Positions 17,904 to 24,951 of a stretch of DNA of 51,064 nt are shown in pieces; positions within the stretch are counted from its first letter, which is position 1, and each line of letters begins with the position of its first letter. The stretch spans positions 1 through 51,064 of the forward strand of contig DAOLIZ010000004.1 in assembly GCA_035328285.1 (NCBI GenBank), given 5' to 3'. This DNA comes from Gemmatimonadales bacterium. Lineage in GTDB: Bacteria > Gemmatimonadota > Gemmatimonadetes > Gemmatimonadales > GWC2-71-9. The notes below the pieces were generated by a model that did not search any database, was not told the origin of the DNA, and worked only from the letters and a program-made list of their open reading frames with translations. A program made the position numbers and the translations under genes.

Positions 17904-18680
17904 CTACATTCCCGTCGGATGCCGGTGAAACTCCCACGGCAGTTCGAAGCGGAGGCCGAGGTGCTGGGCGAGCGCCTGGACACCGACCTGCTCGGTGGCG
18001 TAGTGGCCGGCGTAGATCACGTTGACACCGAGTTCCATCGCGTCGAAGTAGGTGTGATGGGGACCCTCCCCGGTGATCAGCGTGTCGATGCCGGTGGCGA
18101 TGGCCTCGGCAATGAACCCGCCCCCACTCCCCGTCACGATGCCGACCCGTTGGGCTGTCACCGGTCCGCCGGGAATCAGGCGTGCGGTGGCGCCCAGCTG
18201 TCCCTCGATGCGTCGGACGAGCTCGTCGCGCCCCAGCGACAACTCGCCGTACACGCCGAGTCGATGGCCCTTGTACTCCCCGAACCACCCTTCGAGCTCG
18301 ATGTCGAGCCGCCGCGCCAGGACGATGTTGTTCCCGACGTCGGGGTGGAGGTCGAGGGGAATGTGCGCCGAGTAGAGCGCGATGTTGCGGTCGAGGAGCG
18401 CCCGGACCCGCCGGTAGCGGCGGCCGGTGAGCGGCACGTTGCCGTCCCACAGCAGTCCATGATGGACCAGGAGCAGGGTGCCCCCCTCGCTCCCGGCCGG
18501 CGCGGCATGCTCGATGGCCTCGAGCGAGGCATCCACCGCCGCCACGATACGGTCGACTGTGCCGCCGTTCTCCACCTGGAGTCCATTGACGGCGTTCCCC
18601 TCGTCGGGGATCTCCCGCACCCGGAGCAGGGTGTCGAGGTACTCGGTGATCCCGGCAACTGAAACGGCGTGGTCGCTCAT
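17904..18680 (-). CDS. Nif3-like dinuclear metal centre protein (GTP cyclohydrolase 1 type 2 homologue)
   Basis: Motifs NGLQVENGG, LLLVHHGLLW, YSAHIPLDLHP and YAGHYATE. Its ATG overlaps the stop of the BMP gene (ATGA at 18677-18680). Confidence 0.9.
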   Translation of the reverse strand: MSDHAVSVAGITEYLDTLLRVREIPDEGNAVNGLQVENGGTVDRIVAAVDASLEAIEHAAPAGSEGGTLLLVHHGLLWDGNVPLTGRRYRRVRALLDRNIALYSAHIPLDLHPDVGNNIVLARRLDIELEGWFGEYKGHRLGVYGELSLGRDELVRRIEGQLGATARLIPGGPVTAQRVGIVTGSGGGFIAEAIATGIDTLITGEGPHHTYFDAMELGVNVIYAGHYATEQVGVQALAQHLGLRFELPWEFHRHPTGM

Positions 18681-19636
18681 GGGCCATCCTGCTGTCGGAT
18701 ACTGTCCTCGGCGGCGCGGACGCGCGCGGCCAGGTCCGCGGGCACCATCGAATCGAGGGCGGGGTTGGGCACGTACTTCACCACGCCGCTGGCCAGCCCG
18801 AACGACTCGACCTTCGGGGTGAAAGTACCCCCCTGAACTTCGCGCGCCACCAGCAGCAGCGCGCGCGGCAGGTCGATCACCGCCGAGCCGATCACCCTGG
18901 AAGGCGCGAGGGCGGTCTGATCGGCGTTGGCGCCGAACACGTACACCCCCGGAGCTTCCTTCGCCGCCTGGAATACACCGATGGCCGCGGCGTCGGCATT
19001 GTGGTGCAGCATGTCGGCGCCCACTCGGATCAGGGCCCGCGCCGCCTCGCGTCCCAGGGCCGCATCGTCCCAGTTGTTCAGGTAGGTGGTCCGGCTCTGG
19101 ACCTTTGGATTCACCGCGCGCGCGCCGGCTACCCAGGCCTCGGAGGCCTCGCGCACCGGCGGCAGCTCCACGCCCCCCACGAAGCCGATCACGTTGGTCT
19201 TCGTCACGCCCCCCGCCACCATCCCCGCCAGGTAGCTCGCCTCGTTCAACCGGAAGATCAGCGGCGCCACATTGCCCTGCACCCGCTCCCCGGAGGTGAT
19301 GATGAACACCACGGCGGGATAGTCGGCGCTGACCCGTTCGGCGGGCCCCTGAAACTCGAATCCGTGACCGAAGACCAGGTTGTAGCCCTGTGCCGCGTAG
19401 GTGCGGAGCGCTTCTTCCTGCTCCGCCGGCGTGCGTGCCTCGACGTGGCTGACGGGGACGCCGAGCGAATCATGGATCTGTCCGAGCCCGGTGTAGGCGC
19501 CGGAGTTCCAGGCGGCGTCGGCGATGGACCCAGGTGTGACGAGTGCCACACGAAACGGCGCGGGCGCCTCCCGTGTGGCACAGCCGGCCAGCAGCGCGCC
19601 GGCCAGCACCCACCCCAGCGCGCGGTGCGCCATCAC
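18677..19636 (-). CDS. BMP family ABC transporter substrate-binding lipoprotein
   Basis: Lipobox LLAGC, then RVALVTPGSIADAAWNSGAYTGL...GYNLVFGHGFEF (Med/PnrA-type). The start (GTG 19636 or ATG 19633) overlaps the bactofilin stop. Confidence 0.9.
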   Translation of the reverse strand: MMAHRALGWVLAGALLAGCATREAPAPFRVALVTPGSIADAAWNSGAYTGLGQIHDSLGVPVSHVEARTPAEQEEALRTYAAQGYNLVFGHGFEFQGPAERVSADYPAVVFIITSGERVQGNVAPLIFRLNEASYLAGMVAGGVTKTNVIGFVGGVELPPVREASEAWVAGARAVNPKVQSRTTYLNNWDDAALGREAARALIRVGADMLHHNADAAAIGVFQAAKEAPGVYVFGANADQTALAPSRVIGSAVIDLPRALLLVAREVQGGTFTPKVESFGLASGVVKYVPNPALDSMVPADLAARVRAAEDSIRQQDGP

Positions 19637-20097
19637 CCCTTGGGACCGAGTTCCGGCCTCGATTCCGGCTTCGGCTCCGGCTTTGCCCCCATCGTCGGCG
19701 CCGTCTTCGGGTCCTTCACCGATCCCATCTTGATCGACCCGTTCACGCTGCCGCCTTCCAGCACCACGATCCGCCTCGTGAACACGTCGCCCAGCACCTC
19801 GGCGGTCGCCTGCACCTCGACGCGATCCGTGGCGTGCACATTGCCTTCCACGCGTCCACCGATCACCGCCTCGGCGGTGTGGATGTCGCCCTGCACCAGC
19901 GCGCCGGGCGCGACGAGCGCCTGTGTGTTGGCGCGGATGACGCCCTTGACCTTCCCCTCGATCTTCACGACCCCCTCGGTCTGGAGGTCGCCGGTCACGG
20001 TCAGGTCCTTGGCGATGATCGAGAGCGAGGTGTGGTCGGTGCGCCGACGCATCTGATTCACTTCGGGCTCGCGCGGTGTGTTGGAGAAGATGGCCAT
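19633..20097 (-). CDS. bactofilin (polymer-forming cytoskeletal protein)
   Basis: DUF583-type beta-helix repeats: TVTGDLQTEGVVKIEGKVKGVIRANTQALVAPGALVQGDIHTAEAVIGGRVEGNVHATDRVEVQATAEVLGDV. Pro/Lys-rich tail. It shares 1 nt with the M23 stop (TAATG). Confidence 0.9.
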   Translation of the reverse strand: MAIFSNTPREPEVNQMRRRTDHTSLSIIAKDLTVTGDLQTEGVVKIEGKVKGVIRANTQALVAPGALVQGDIHTAEAVIGGRVEGNVHATDRVEVQATAEVLGDVFTRRIVVLEGGSVNGSIKMGSVKDPKTAPTMGAKPEPKPESRPELGPKG

Positions 20098-20894
20098 TAG
20101 CGTGCGTCCTCGTTCACCATGGTGAGGGGATCGATGGTCTCATCGCCCCGACGAATTTCGAGATGCAGATGGGGCGCGGTGGAGCGCCCGGTGTTGCCGG
20201 AAAGACCGATCACGTCGCCCGCGTTGACCCGCTGGCCGGTGGTAACCAGCGAGCGGGAGAGATGCCCGTACTTCGACGCATAGCCGTCCGGATGGCTGAG
20301 CAGGACAAAGATCCCGTACTCCGGATCGTTGCCGCTGTCGATCACCGTTCCGCCGCCGACGGCACGGACGGGTGTCCCGATCGTCACCGCCAGGTCGATG
20401 CCGGTGTGTTCCTCCTCGGTGCCGCCGGCGGGCACCAGCCCGCGGGTCATGTACCCTTCCGCGTCCAGCGGCCAGCGATTGGGCACGGTCGGTCCGCTGG
20501 GCAGGACCACGCGGGGCCCCGGGGGCGCTGCATTCACCGGCGGGGCGAGCGGCAACGAGTAGGCGAGTGCGATCGGATCGGGGACGATATCGGCCCCCAC
20601 CATTTCGCGGAGCCGTCCATACCGCCGCTCCACGCTGTCGAGCGCCGCGGCCAGGTCCCGCACCTTGGCGGTTTCGGCCTCCAGTCGCGCCACGTCCTCA
20701 CGGAGCCGCGGGACACTGGCCGCCGCCTTGAGGAGCGGGGCATACCATGCGCCGAGGACGAGCGCTGCCAGCAGCAACACCGCTCCGGTACCCACCAGGA
20801 TGCGGAAGAGCCAGATCGGCATCCGGAAGGTGCGCGAGTTCACCTCCCCGTCGCGGTGCACCATCACCGTGATCTGGGGGCGGGGGGTCTTCAT
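20097..20894 (-). CDS. M23 family metallopeptidase (LytM-like) with N-terminal TM helix and coiled coil
   Basis: HxxxD motif (EEEHTGIDLAV) and HxH motif (STAPHLHLEIR), so catalytic residues are present. Its ATG overlaps the parB stop (ATGA at 20891-20894). Confidence 0.9.
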   Translation of the reverse strand: MKTPRPQITVMVHRDGEVNSRTFRMPIWLFRILVGTGAVLLLAALVLGAWYAPLLKAAASVPRLREDVARLEAETAKVRDLAAALDSVERRYGRLREMVGADIVPDPIALAYSLPLAPPVNAAPPGPRVVLPSGPTVPNRWPLDAEGYMTRGLVPAGGTEEEHTGIDLAVTIGTPVRAVGGGTVIDSGNDPEYGIFVLLSHPDGYASKYGHLSRSLVTTGQRVNAGDVIGLSGNTGRSTAPHLHLEIRRGDETIDPLTMVNEDAR

Positions 20895-21772
20895 CCCTCG
20901 AAGGGGGTGCCGAGGATGAGCTCGAGCAGGCGGGCCAGATCGTCGTTCGAGTAGTAGCTCAGCTGCACGATGCCCCTCCCCTTGCGGCGCTGCGTCACCC
21001 GCACGTCGGTGCCCAGGTGCTTGCGCAGCGCGTCTTCGACCCGCTGCACTTCGGCGCTGACGGGACCGGGAGCAGCCCGCGTGGCCTTCGGTCGTTTCGC
21101 GGATGCCGGCCCCTGGCGGACCCGCGCCTCCATGTCACGCACCGACCAGCCGTCCGCCACCGCCTGGCGGCCCAGCTTCACGATCAGCTTTGCATCGGTG
21201 AGCCCCAGCAGCGCGCGCGCATGGCCGGCCGACAGGGCACCGTGATCGACGAGATCGCGGACGGCGTCGGGGAGCCCCAGCAGCCGGAGCAGGTTGGCCA
21301 CCGTCGACCGGTCCCGGCCGACGAGCCGTGCCACTTCCGCCTGCGCGACGCCGAACTGTTCCTGCAGCCGCTGGTACCCGAGCGCCTCGTCAATCGGCGA
21401 CAGGTTGTCGCGCTGCAGGTTCTCGATCAGCGCCAGCGTGAGGAGCGTCTTGTCGTCCGCCTCCTTGATGACGGCGGGAATGCGGGTCCAGCCGAGGCGC
21501 TGCACGGCACGCCAGCGACGCTCGCCGGCAATCAGTTCGTAGGAGGATCCCTGCGGCCGCACGACGACCGGCTGCAGGAGCCCCGACGCCTCGATGCTGG
21601 CCACCAGTTCCTTGAGCGGTTCCTCGTCGACGCGGGTGCGCGGCTGGAAGGGGTTCGGCCGGATCGCCGCGACGGGCAGTTCGCGGAGGTTCCCTTCCTT
21701 TTCCGCCTGCTCCTTCGAGACCGGACCGAGCAGCGCCTCGAGGCCGCGGCCAAGACGACGGGCTTCGCTCAC
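20891..21772 (-). CDS. parB: chromosome partitioning protein ParB
   Basis: GTG 21772 overlaps the parA stop (GTGA). Sequence VSEARRLGRGLEALL, IAGERRWRA, LIENLQRDNLSPIDEA, plus an HTH. The 407-aa ORF-track version is an artefactual N-terminal extension through parA. Confidence 0.9.
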   Translation of the reverse strand: MSEARRLGRGLEALLGPVSKEQAEKEGNLRELPVAAIRPNPFQPRTRVDEEPLKELVASIEASGLLQPVVVRPQGSSYELIAGERRWRAVQRLGWTRIPAVIKEADDKTLLTLALIENLQRDNLSPIDEALGYQRLQEQFGVAQAEVARLVGRDRSTVANLLRLLGLPDAVRDLVDHGALSAGHARALLGLTDAKLIVKLGRQAVADGWSVRDMEARVRQGPASAKRPKATRAAPGPVSAEVQRVEDALRKHLGTDVRVTQRRKGRGIVQLSYYSNDDLARLLELILGTPFEG

Positions 21773-22563
21773 GATTGCACCCCCTGCGCCGTTGCGGCGT
21801 CCACGCGGCGCAGCAGCTCCTGCGCGACCGAGAGATAGCTCTTCGCGCCGACCGACTGCACATCGTAGAGCAGGATCGGCTTCCCGAAACTGGGCGCCTC
21901 CGCGAGCCGGACGTTTCGCGGAATGACGGTGCGGAACACGCCGGCACCGAAGTATTCGCGCGCGTCGTTTGCCACCTGCCGCGCGAGGTTGATGCGCGTG
22001 TCGAACATCGTCAGCAGCACGCCGTCGATGGCGAGCCCCGGATTGAAATTCTGCTGCACCAGGCGAATCGTGTTCAGCAGTTGCGAGATGCCCTCGAGCG
22101 CGTAGTACTCGCACTGGATCGGGATGATGACGGCATTCGCCGCGGTCAGCACGTTGAGCGTCAACAGCCCGAGCGAGGGGGGGCAGTCAATCAGGATGTA
22201 GTCGTAGTCATCGAGGATCGGCTCGAGTGCGCGGCGGAGGGCGGTTTCCCGCTGCGGCCGATCGACCAGTTCGAGTTCCGCGCCGACGAGATCCTGCGTG
22301 GCCGGGAGGATGTCGAGGAAGGGCAGGGCCTCGTCGTGGAGAATGATGTCGCGCGCGGGACGCTCATCGATCACCGCGTCGTAGAGCGAGAGCCGCACCT
22401 GGTCGCGAGGCACGCCGACGCCACTCGACGCGTTCCCCTGTGGGTCGGCGTCGATGAGCAGCGTGCGCTTCTCGGCAATGGCGAGCGAGGCGGCAAGATT
22501 CACCGCCGTCGTTGTCTTGCCGACGCCGCCCTTCTGATTGGCAATCGCGATGACTCTGGCCAT
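21769..22563 (-). CDS. parA: chromosome partitioning ATPase ParA/Soj
   Basis: MARVIAIANQKGGVGKTTTAVNLAASLA (deviant Walker A), LLIDADPQGNASSG, DYILIDCPPSLG. Confidence 0.95.
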   Translation of the reverse strand: MARVIAIANQKGGVGKTTTAVNLAASLAIAEKRTLLIDADPQGNASSGVGVPRDQVRLSLYDAVIDERPARDIILHDEALPFLDILPATQDLVGAELELVDRPQRETALRRALEPILDDYDYILIDCPPSLGLLTLNVLTAANAVIIPIQCEYYALEGISQLLNTIRLVQQNFNPGLAIDGVLLTMFDTRINLARQVANDAREYFGAGVFRTVIPRNVRLAEAPSFGKPILLYDVQSVGAKSYLSVAQELLRRVDAATAQGVQS

Positions 22564-22667
22564 GAGCGGGGTGAGCGCCTGGGTCGAAGAGGTAAGGTCA
22601 GGGAGGACAGGAATATAGGCGGTTTCTGCCCCCCAGTCGACTTTGAAGTCTCTGGTCGCCGGCCCGA

Positions 22668-22864
22668 GACGAGGGAGGGTCGGAAAACCGCCGGAGAGTC
22701 GGAAGCCCGCAGGAGTGTGTTATCGCTTATGTTATCTTTTAACATATTGTAATAAAACGAATTACACGACACCAAGATTGATCGTACTGGGTCGTCCTGG
22801 TCTGTTTCACGTGAAACAGAGGGTCAGTTCTCCGACCCTCCCTGACCTCCGACCCTCCCTCGTC
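22668..22864. repeat. 197-bp unit bounded by perfect 17-bp inverted repeats (GACGAGGGAGGGTCGGA / TCCGACCCTCCCTCGTC) with an AT-rich core
   Basis: Arms at 22668-22684 and 22848-22864 are exact reverse complements. There is a partial extra right-arm copy at 22831-22843. The AT-rich core is 22719-22767. parS-1 lies inside the unit. Confidence 0.7.
22803..22818. promoter_or_regulatory. parS: parS centromere site 1 (TGTTTCACGTGAAACA)
   Basis: 16/16 match to the canonical palindromic ParB-binding parS consensus. It lies in the mnmG-parA spacer. Confidence 0.85.
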
Positions 22865-22894
22865 CCTTCTCTTGCCTACGGGCGAGTGGGGTAT

Positions 22895-22910
22895 GGTTTC
22901 ACGTGAAACA
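22895..22910. promoter_or_regulatory. parS: parS centromere site 2 (GGTTTCACGTGAAACA)
   Basis: 15/16 match to the parS consensus, 9 nt downstream of the mnmG stop codon. Confidence 0.75.
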
Positions 22911-22918
22911 GTGGTTGG

Positions 22919-24769
22919 TCAGGTGTGCTGTCGAAGCACCGCGAAGGCGAGGTTCTGGAGGTCGGCAGGAGAAACACCAGGCACTCGCCCGGCCTGACCG
23001 ATGGAGGTGGGCTGGACCGCAGCGAGCTTCTCTCGCGCCTCCCAGGAAATCGTCCGGATTGCGTGGTACTCGAGCGTGGGAGGGAGGGGAAGTTCTCCCA
23101 GCTCCGAGAGACGCGCTGCGGCATCCCGTTCCCTGGCCAGGTACCCCTCGTACTTGATTTCGATGTCGGCCCACTCGGCATATTCCGCGGCAGCCCCGTT
23201 CCCTGTAGCCGTGAGGAGCGATGTCAGCGTTACTCCAGGTCGGCGGCAGAGCTCCTTGATGCGGGTCGGCTCTCCAATCGTGGTTTCCCCGGCCGCCACC
23301 AGGATCGGGTTCGCCAGTTCTGGAGCGATTGCCCTCTCGGCCGCCTCCCTCGATGCCCGCTCCTCCCCCTCCAGTCGCGTCTCGGCAGCCCTGATCTCCG
23401 CCTCCGAGAGCAATCCGAGGCGGCGAGTGATCGGATAGAGCCGCCGGAGGGCATTGTCCTGTCGAAGGAGAATCCGGAATTCCGCCCTGCTGGTAAAGAG
23501 GCGGTACGGTTCGTCCACCCCGCGATGGACCAGGTCGTCCACCAGGACCCCGGTCATCGCCTCGTCGCGGGAGAGCACCACGGGATCCCTCCCCTGGACC
23601 TGGAGCGCCGCGTTCAATCCGGCCATGGCCCCCTGGCCGGCGGCCTCCTCGTATCCCGTGGTGCCATTCACCTGGCCGGCAAAGAAGAGCCCTGGCAGCG
23701 CCCGGGACTCGAGCGTGGGGTACAGTTGCGTCGGGGGGAAGTAGTCGTACTCGATGGCATACCCCGGCCGCGTCATCTCCACCTTCTCCAGCCCCGGCAC
23801 CGCACGCAGAAAGGCGAGCTGCACATTCGCGGGCAGGGAGGTGGAAAGTCCGTTCACGTAGAGTTCGGACGTGTCCAGCCCCTCCGGCTCCAGAAACACC
23901 TGATGGCGAGCCGCGTCCGGGAAGCGGACCACCTTGTCCTCGACCGACGGGCAGTAGCGCGGGCCCCGGCCGCTGATCGCCCCGCCGTAGAGGGCCGATT
24001 CGCTGAGATGCCGCTGGATGATCTCCTTCACCTCCGCGCCGGCCCATGTCAGCCAGCAGGGCAGTTGCTCGGGATGCTCGGCGCGATCGAACTGGCTGAA
24101 CCAGTACGCCCCGCGGTCGCCATCCTGGCGGGTAATCCGGGAGAAATCGACGGTGCGACCATCGATTCGGGGCGGGGTACCCGTCTTGAAACGTTCTCTA
24201 GTAATACCTTGTGCCGCAATCGCTTGTGAGATTTCTACTGCCGGCGCTTCGCCGGCCCGTCCGGCGGGAACCTGCGAGTCGAGTCCCAGATGGATGGCGC
24301 CGCGAAGGAAGGTGCCCGTGGTGAGGACGACCGCGCGGGCCTCGAAGGTCAGCCCCTCCCTGGTTACGACCCCGGCCACCCGCCCGTCGCGGATGACGAA
24401 CGAGGCGGCGGTGCCCTGGGCAAACCGGAGGTTGGGCTGCGCCTCAAGGAGCTGTCGCACGGCGCGACGGTAGAGCGCCCGGTCGCACTGGGCCCGCGGC
24501 GACCACACGGCCGGGCCCTTCGAGCGGTTCAGCATCCGGAACTGGATTCGGGAGAGATCGGTCGCGCGCGCCATGACGCCGCCGAGGGCATCCACCTCGC
24601 GCACCACGGTGCCTTTCGCGATGCCCCCGATGGCGGGGTTGCACGACATCTGCCCGATCGTCTCGAGATTCTGCGTCAGCAGGAGGGTACGGGCACCGGC
24701 CCGCGAGGCAAGCGCGGCCGCTTCGGCGCCGGCGTGGCCGCCGCCGATGACGAGGACGTCGTAGGGCAT
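22919..24769 (-). CDS. mnmG: tRNA uridine-5-carboxymethylaminomethyl(34) synthesis enzyme MnmG (GidA)
   Basis: ATG 24769 gives MPYDVLVIGGGHAGAEAAALASRAGARTLLLTQNLETIGQMSCNPAIGGIAKG (616 aa). The ORF-track extension LPSFPPSLPPCLPASLP is just the translated 8-bp repeat. Confidence 0.95.
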   Translation of the reverse strand: MPYDVLVIGGGHAGAEAAALASRAGARTLLLTQNLETIGQMSCNPAIGGIAKGTVVREVDALGGVMARATDLSRIQFRMLNRSKGPAVWSPRAQCDRALYRRAVRQLLEAQPNLRFAQGTAASFVIRDGRVAGVVTREGLTFEARAVVLTTGTFLRGAIHLGLDSQVPAGRAGEAPAVEISQAIAAQGITRERFKTGTPPRIDGRTVDFSRITRQDGDRGAYWFSQFDRAEHPEQLPCWLTWAGAEVKEIIQRHLSESALYGGAISGRGPRYCPSVEDKVVRFPDAARHQVFLEPEGLDTSELYVNGLSTSLPANVQLAFLRAVPGLEKVEMTRPGYAIEYDYFPPTQLYPTLESRALPGLFFAGQVNGTTGYEEAAGQGAMAGLNAALQVQGRDPVVLSRDEAMTGVLVDDLVHRGVDEPYRLFTSRAEFRILLRQDNALRRLYPITRRLGLLSEAEIRAAETRLEGEERASREAAERAIAPELANPILVAAGETTIGEPTRIKELCRRPGVTLTSLLTATGNGAAAEYAEWADIEIKYEGYLARERDAAARLSELGELPLPPTLEYHAIRTISWEAREKLAAVQPTSIGQAGRVPGVSPADLQNLAFAVLRQHT

Positions 24770-24780
24770 GTTACAAGATA

Positions 24781-24836
24781 GGCAGATGGGCAGGGAGGCA
24801 GGGAGGCAGGGAGGCAGGGAAGGAGGGAAGGAGGGA
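24781..24836. repeat. 8-bp tandem repeat array: GGCAGATG, (GGCAGGGA)x4, (AGGAGGGA)x2
   Basis: Counted directly: four perfect GGCAGGGA units at 24789-24820, flanked by degenerate units. This gives seven GGG tracts (six at regular 8-nt spacing) on the + strand. The array starts 12 nt upstream of the mnmG ATG on the template side. Confidence 0.85.
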
Positions 24837-24866
24837 AGCTGGATGACGGAGTGGCCGAGAGGAGTT

Positions 24867-24892
24867 GGACCCCGGCATTCGCCGGGGTGACG
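24867..24892. repeat. REP-like intergenic hairpin repeat, copy B (GGACCCCGGCATTCGCCGGGGTGACG)
   Basis: Perfect 8-bp stem ACCCCGGC / GCCGGGGT with loop ATTC. 24/26 identical to 6440..6465. Confidence 0.6.
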
Positions 24893-24951
24893 CACCGTTG
24901 GTGGGATAAACGAACGGCCTCCCTGCCTCCCCGCCGCCCGGCCCCGCCTGC

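Noticed and set aside
22719-22767. AT-rich island as oriC / DNA-unwinding element with DnaA boxes
   Set aside because: Only weak partial matches to TTATCCACA are present (TTATCGCTT, TTATCTTTT). There is no cluster of good boxes and no dnaA or dnaN nearby. It is more economically the parA promoter or the core of the inverted-repeat unit. Deciding this needs GC skew and the dnaA position.
22500-22775. 91-aa - strand ORF (MVSCNSFYYNMLKDN...) in the AT-rich spacer
   Set aside because: It begins in the AT-rich non-coding core and continues out of frame into parA. Its composition switches abruptly and I see no SD.
22668-22864. Autonomous mobile element or IS
   Set aside because: No transposase or integrase ORF occurs anywhere in the window, and no target-site duplication flanks the inverted repeats. 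At most it is a non-autonomous MITE-like unit, so I reported it as a repeat rather than a mobile element.
24781-24836. Tandem repeat as a CRISPR array
   Set aside because: The units are 8 bp and contiguous with no spacers, and there are no cas genes. It is a microsatellite-like array, not a CRISPR.
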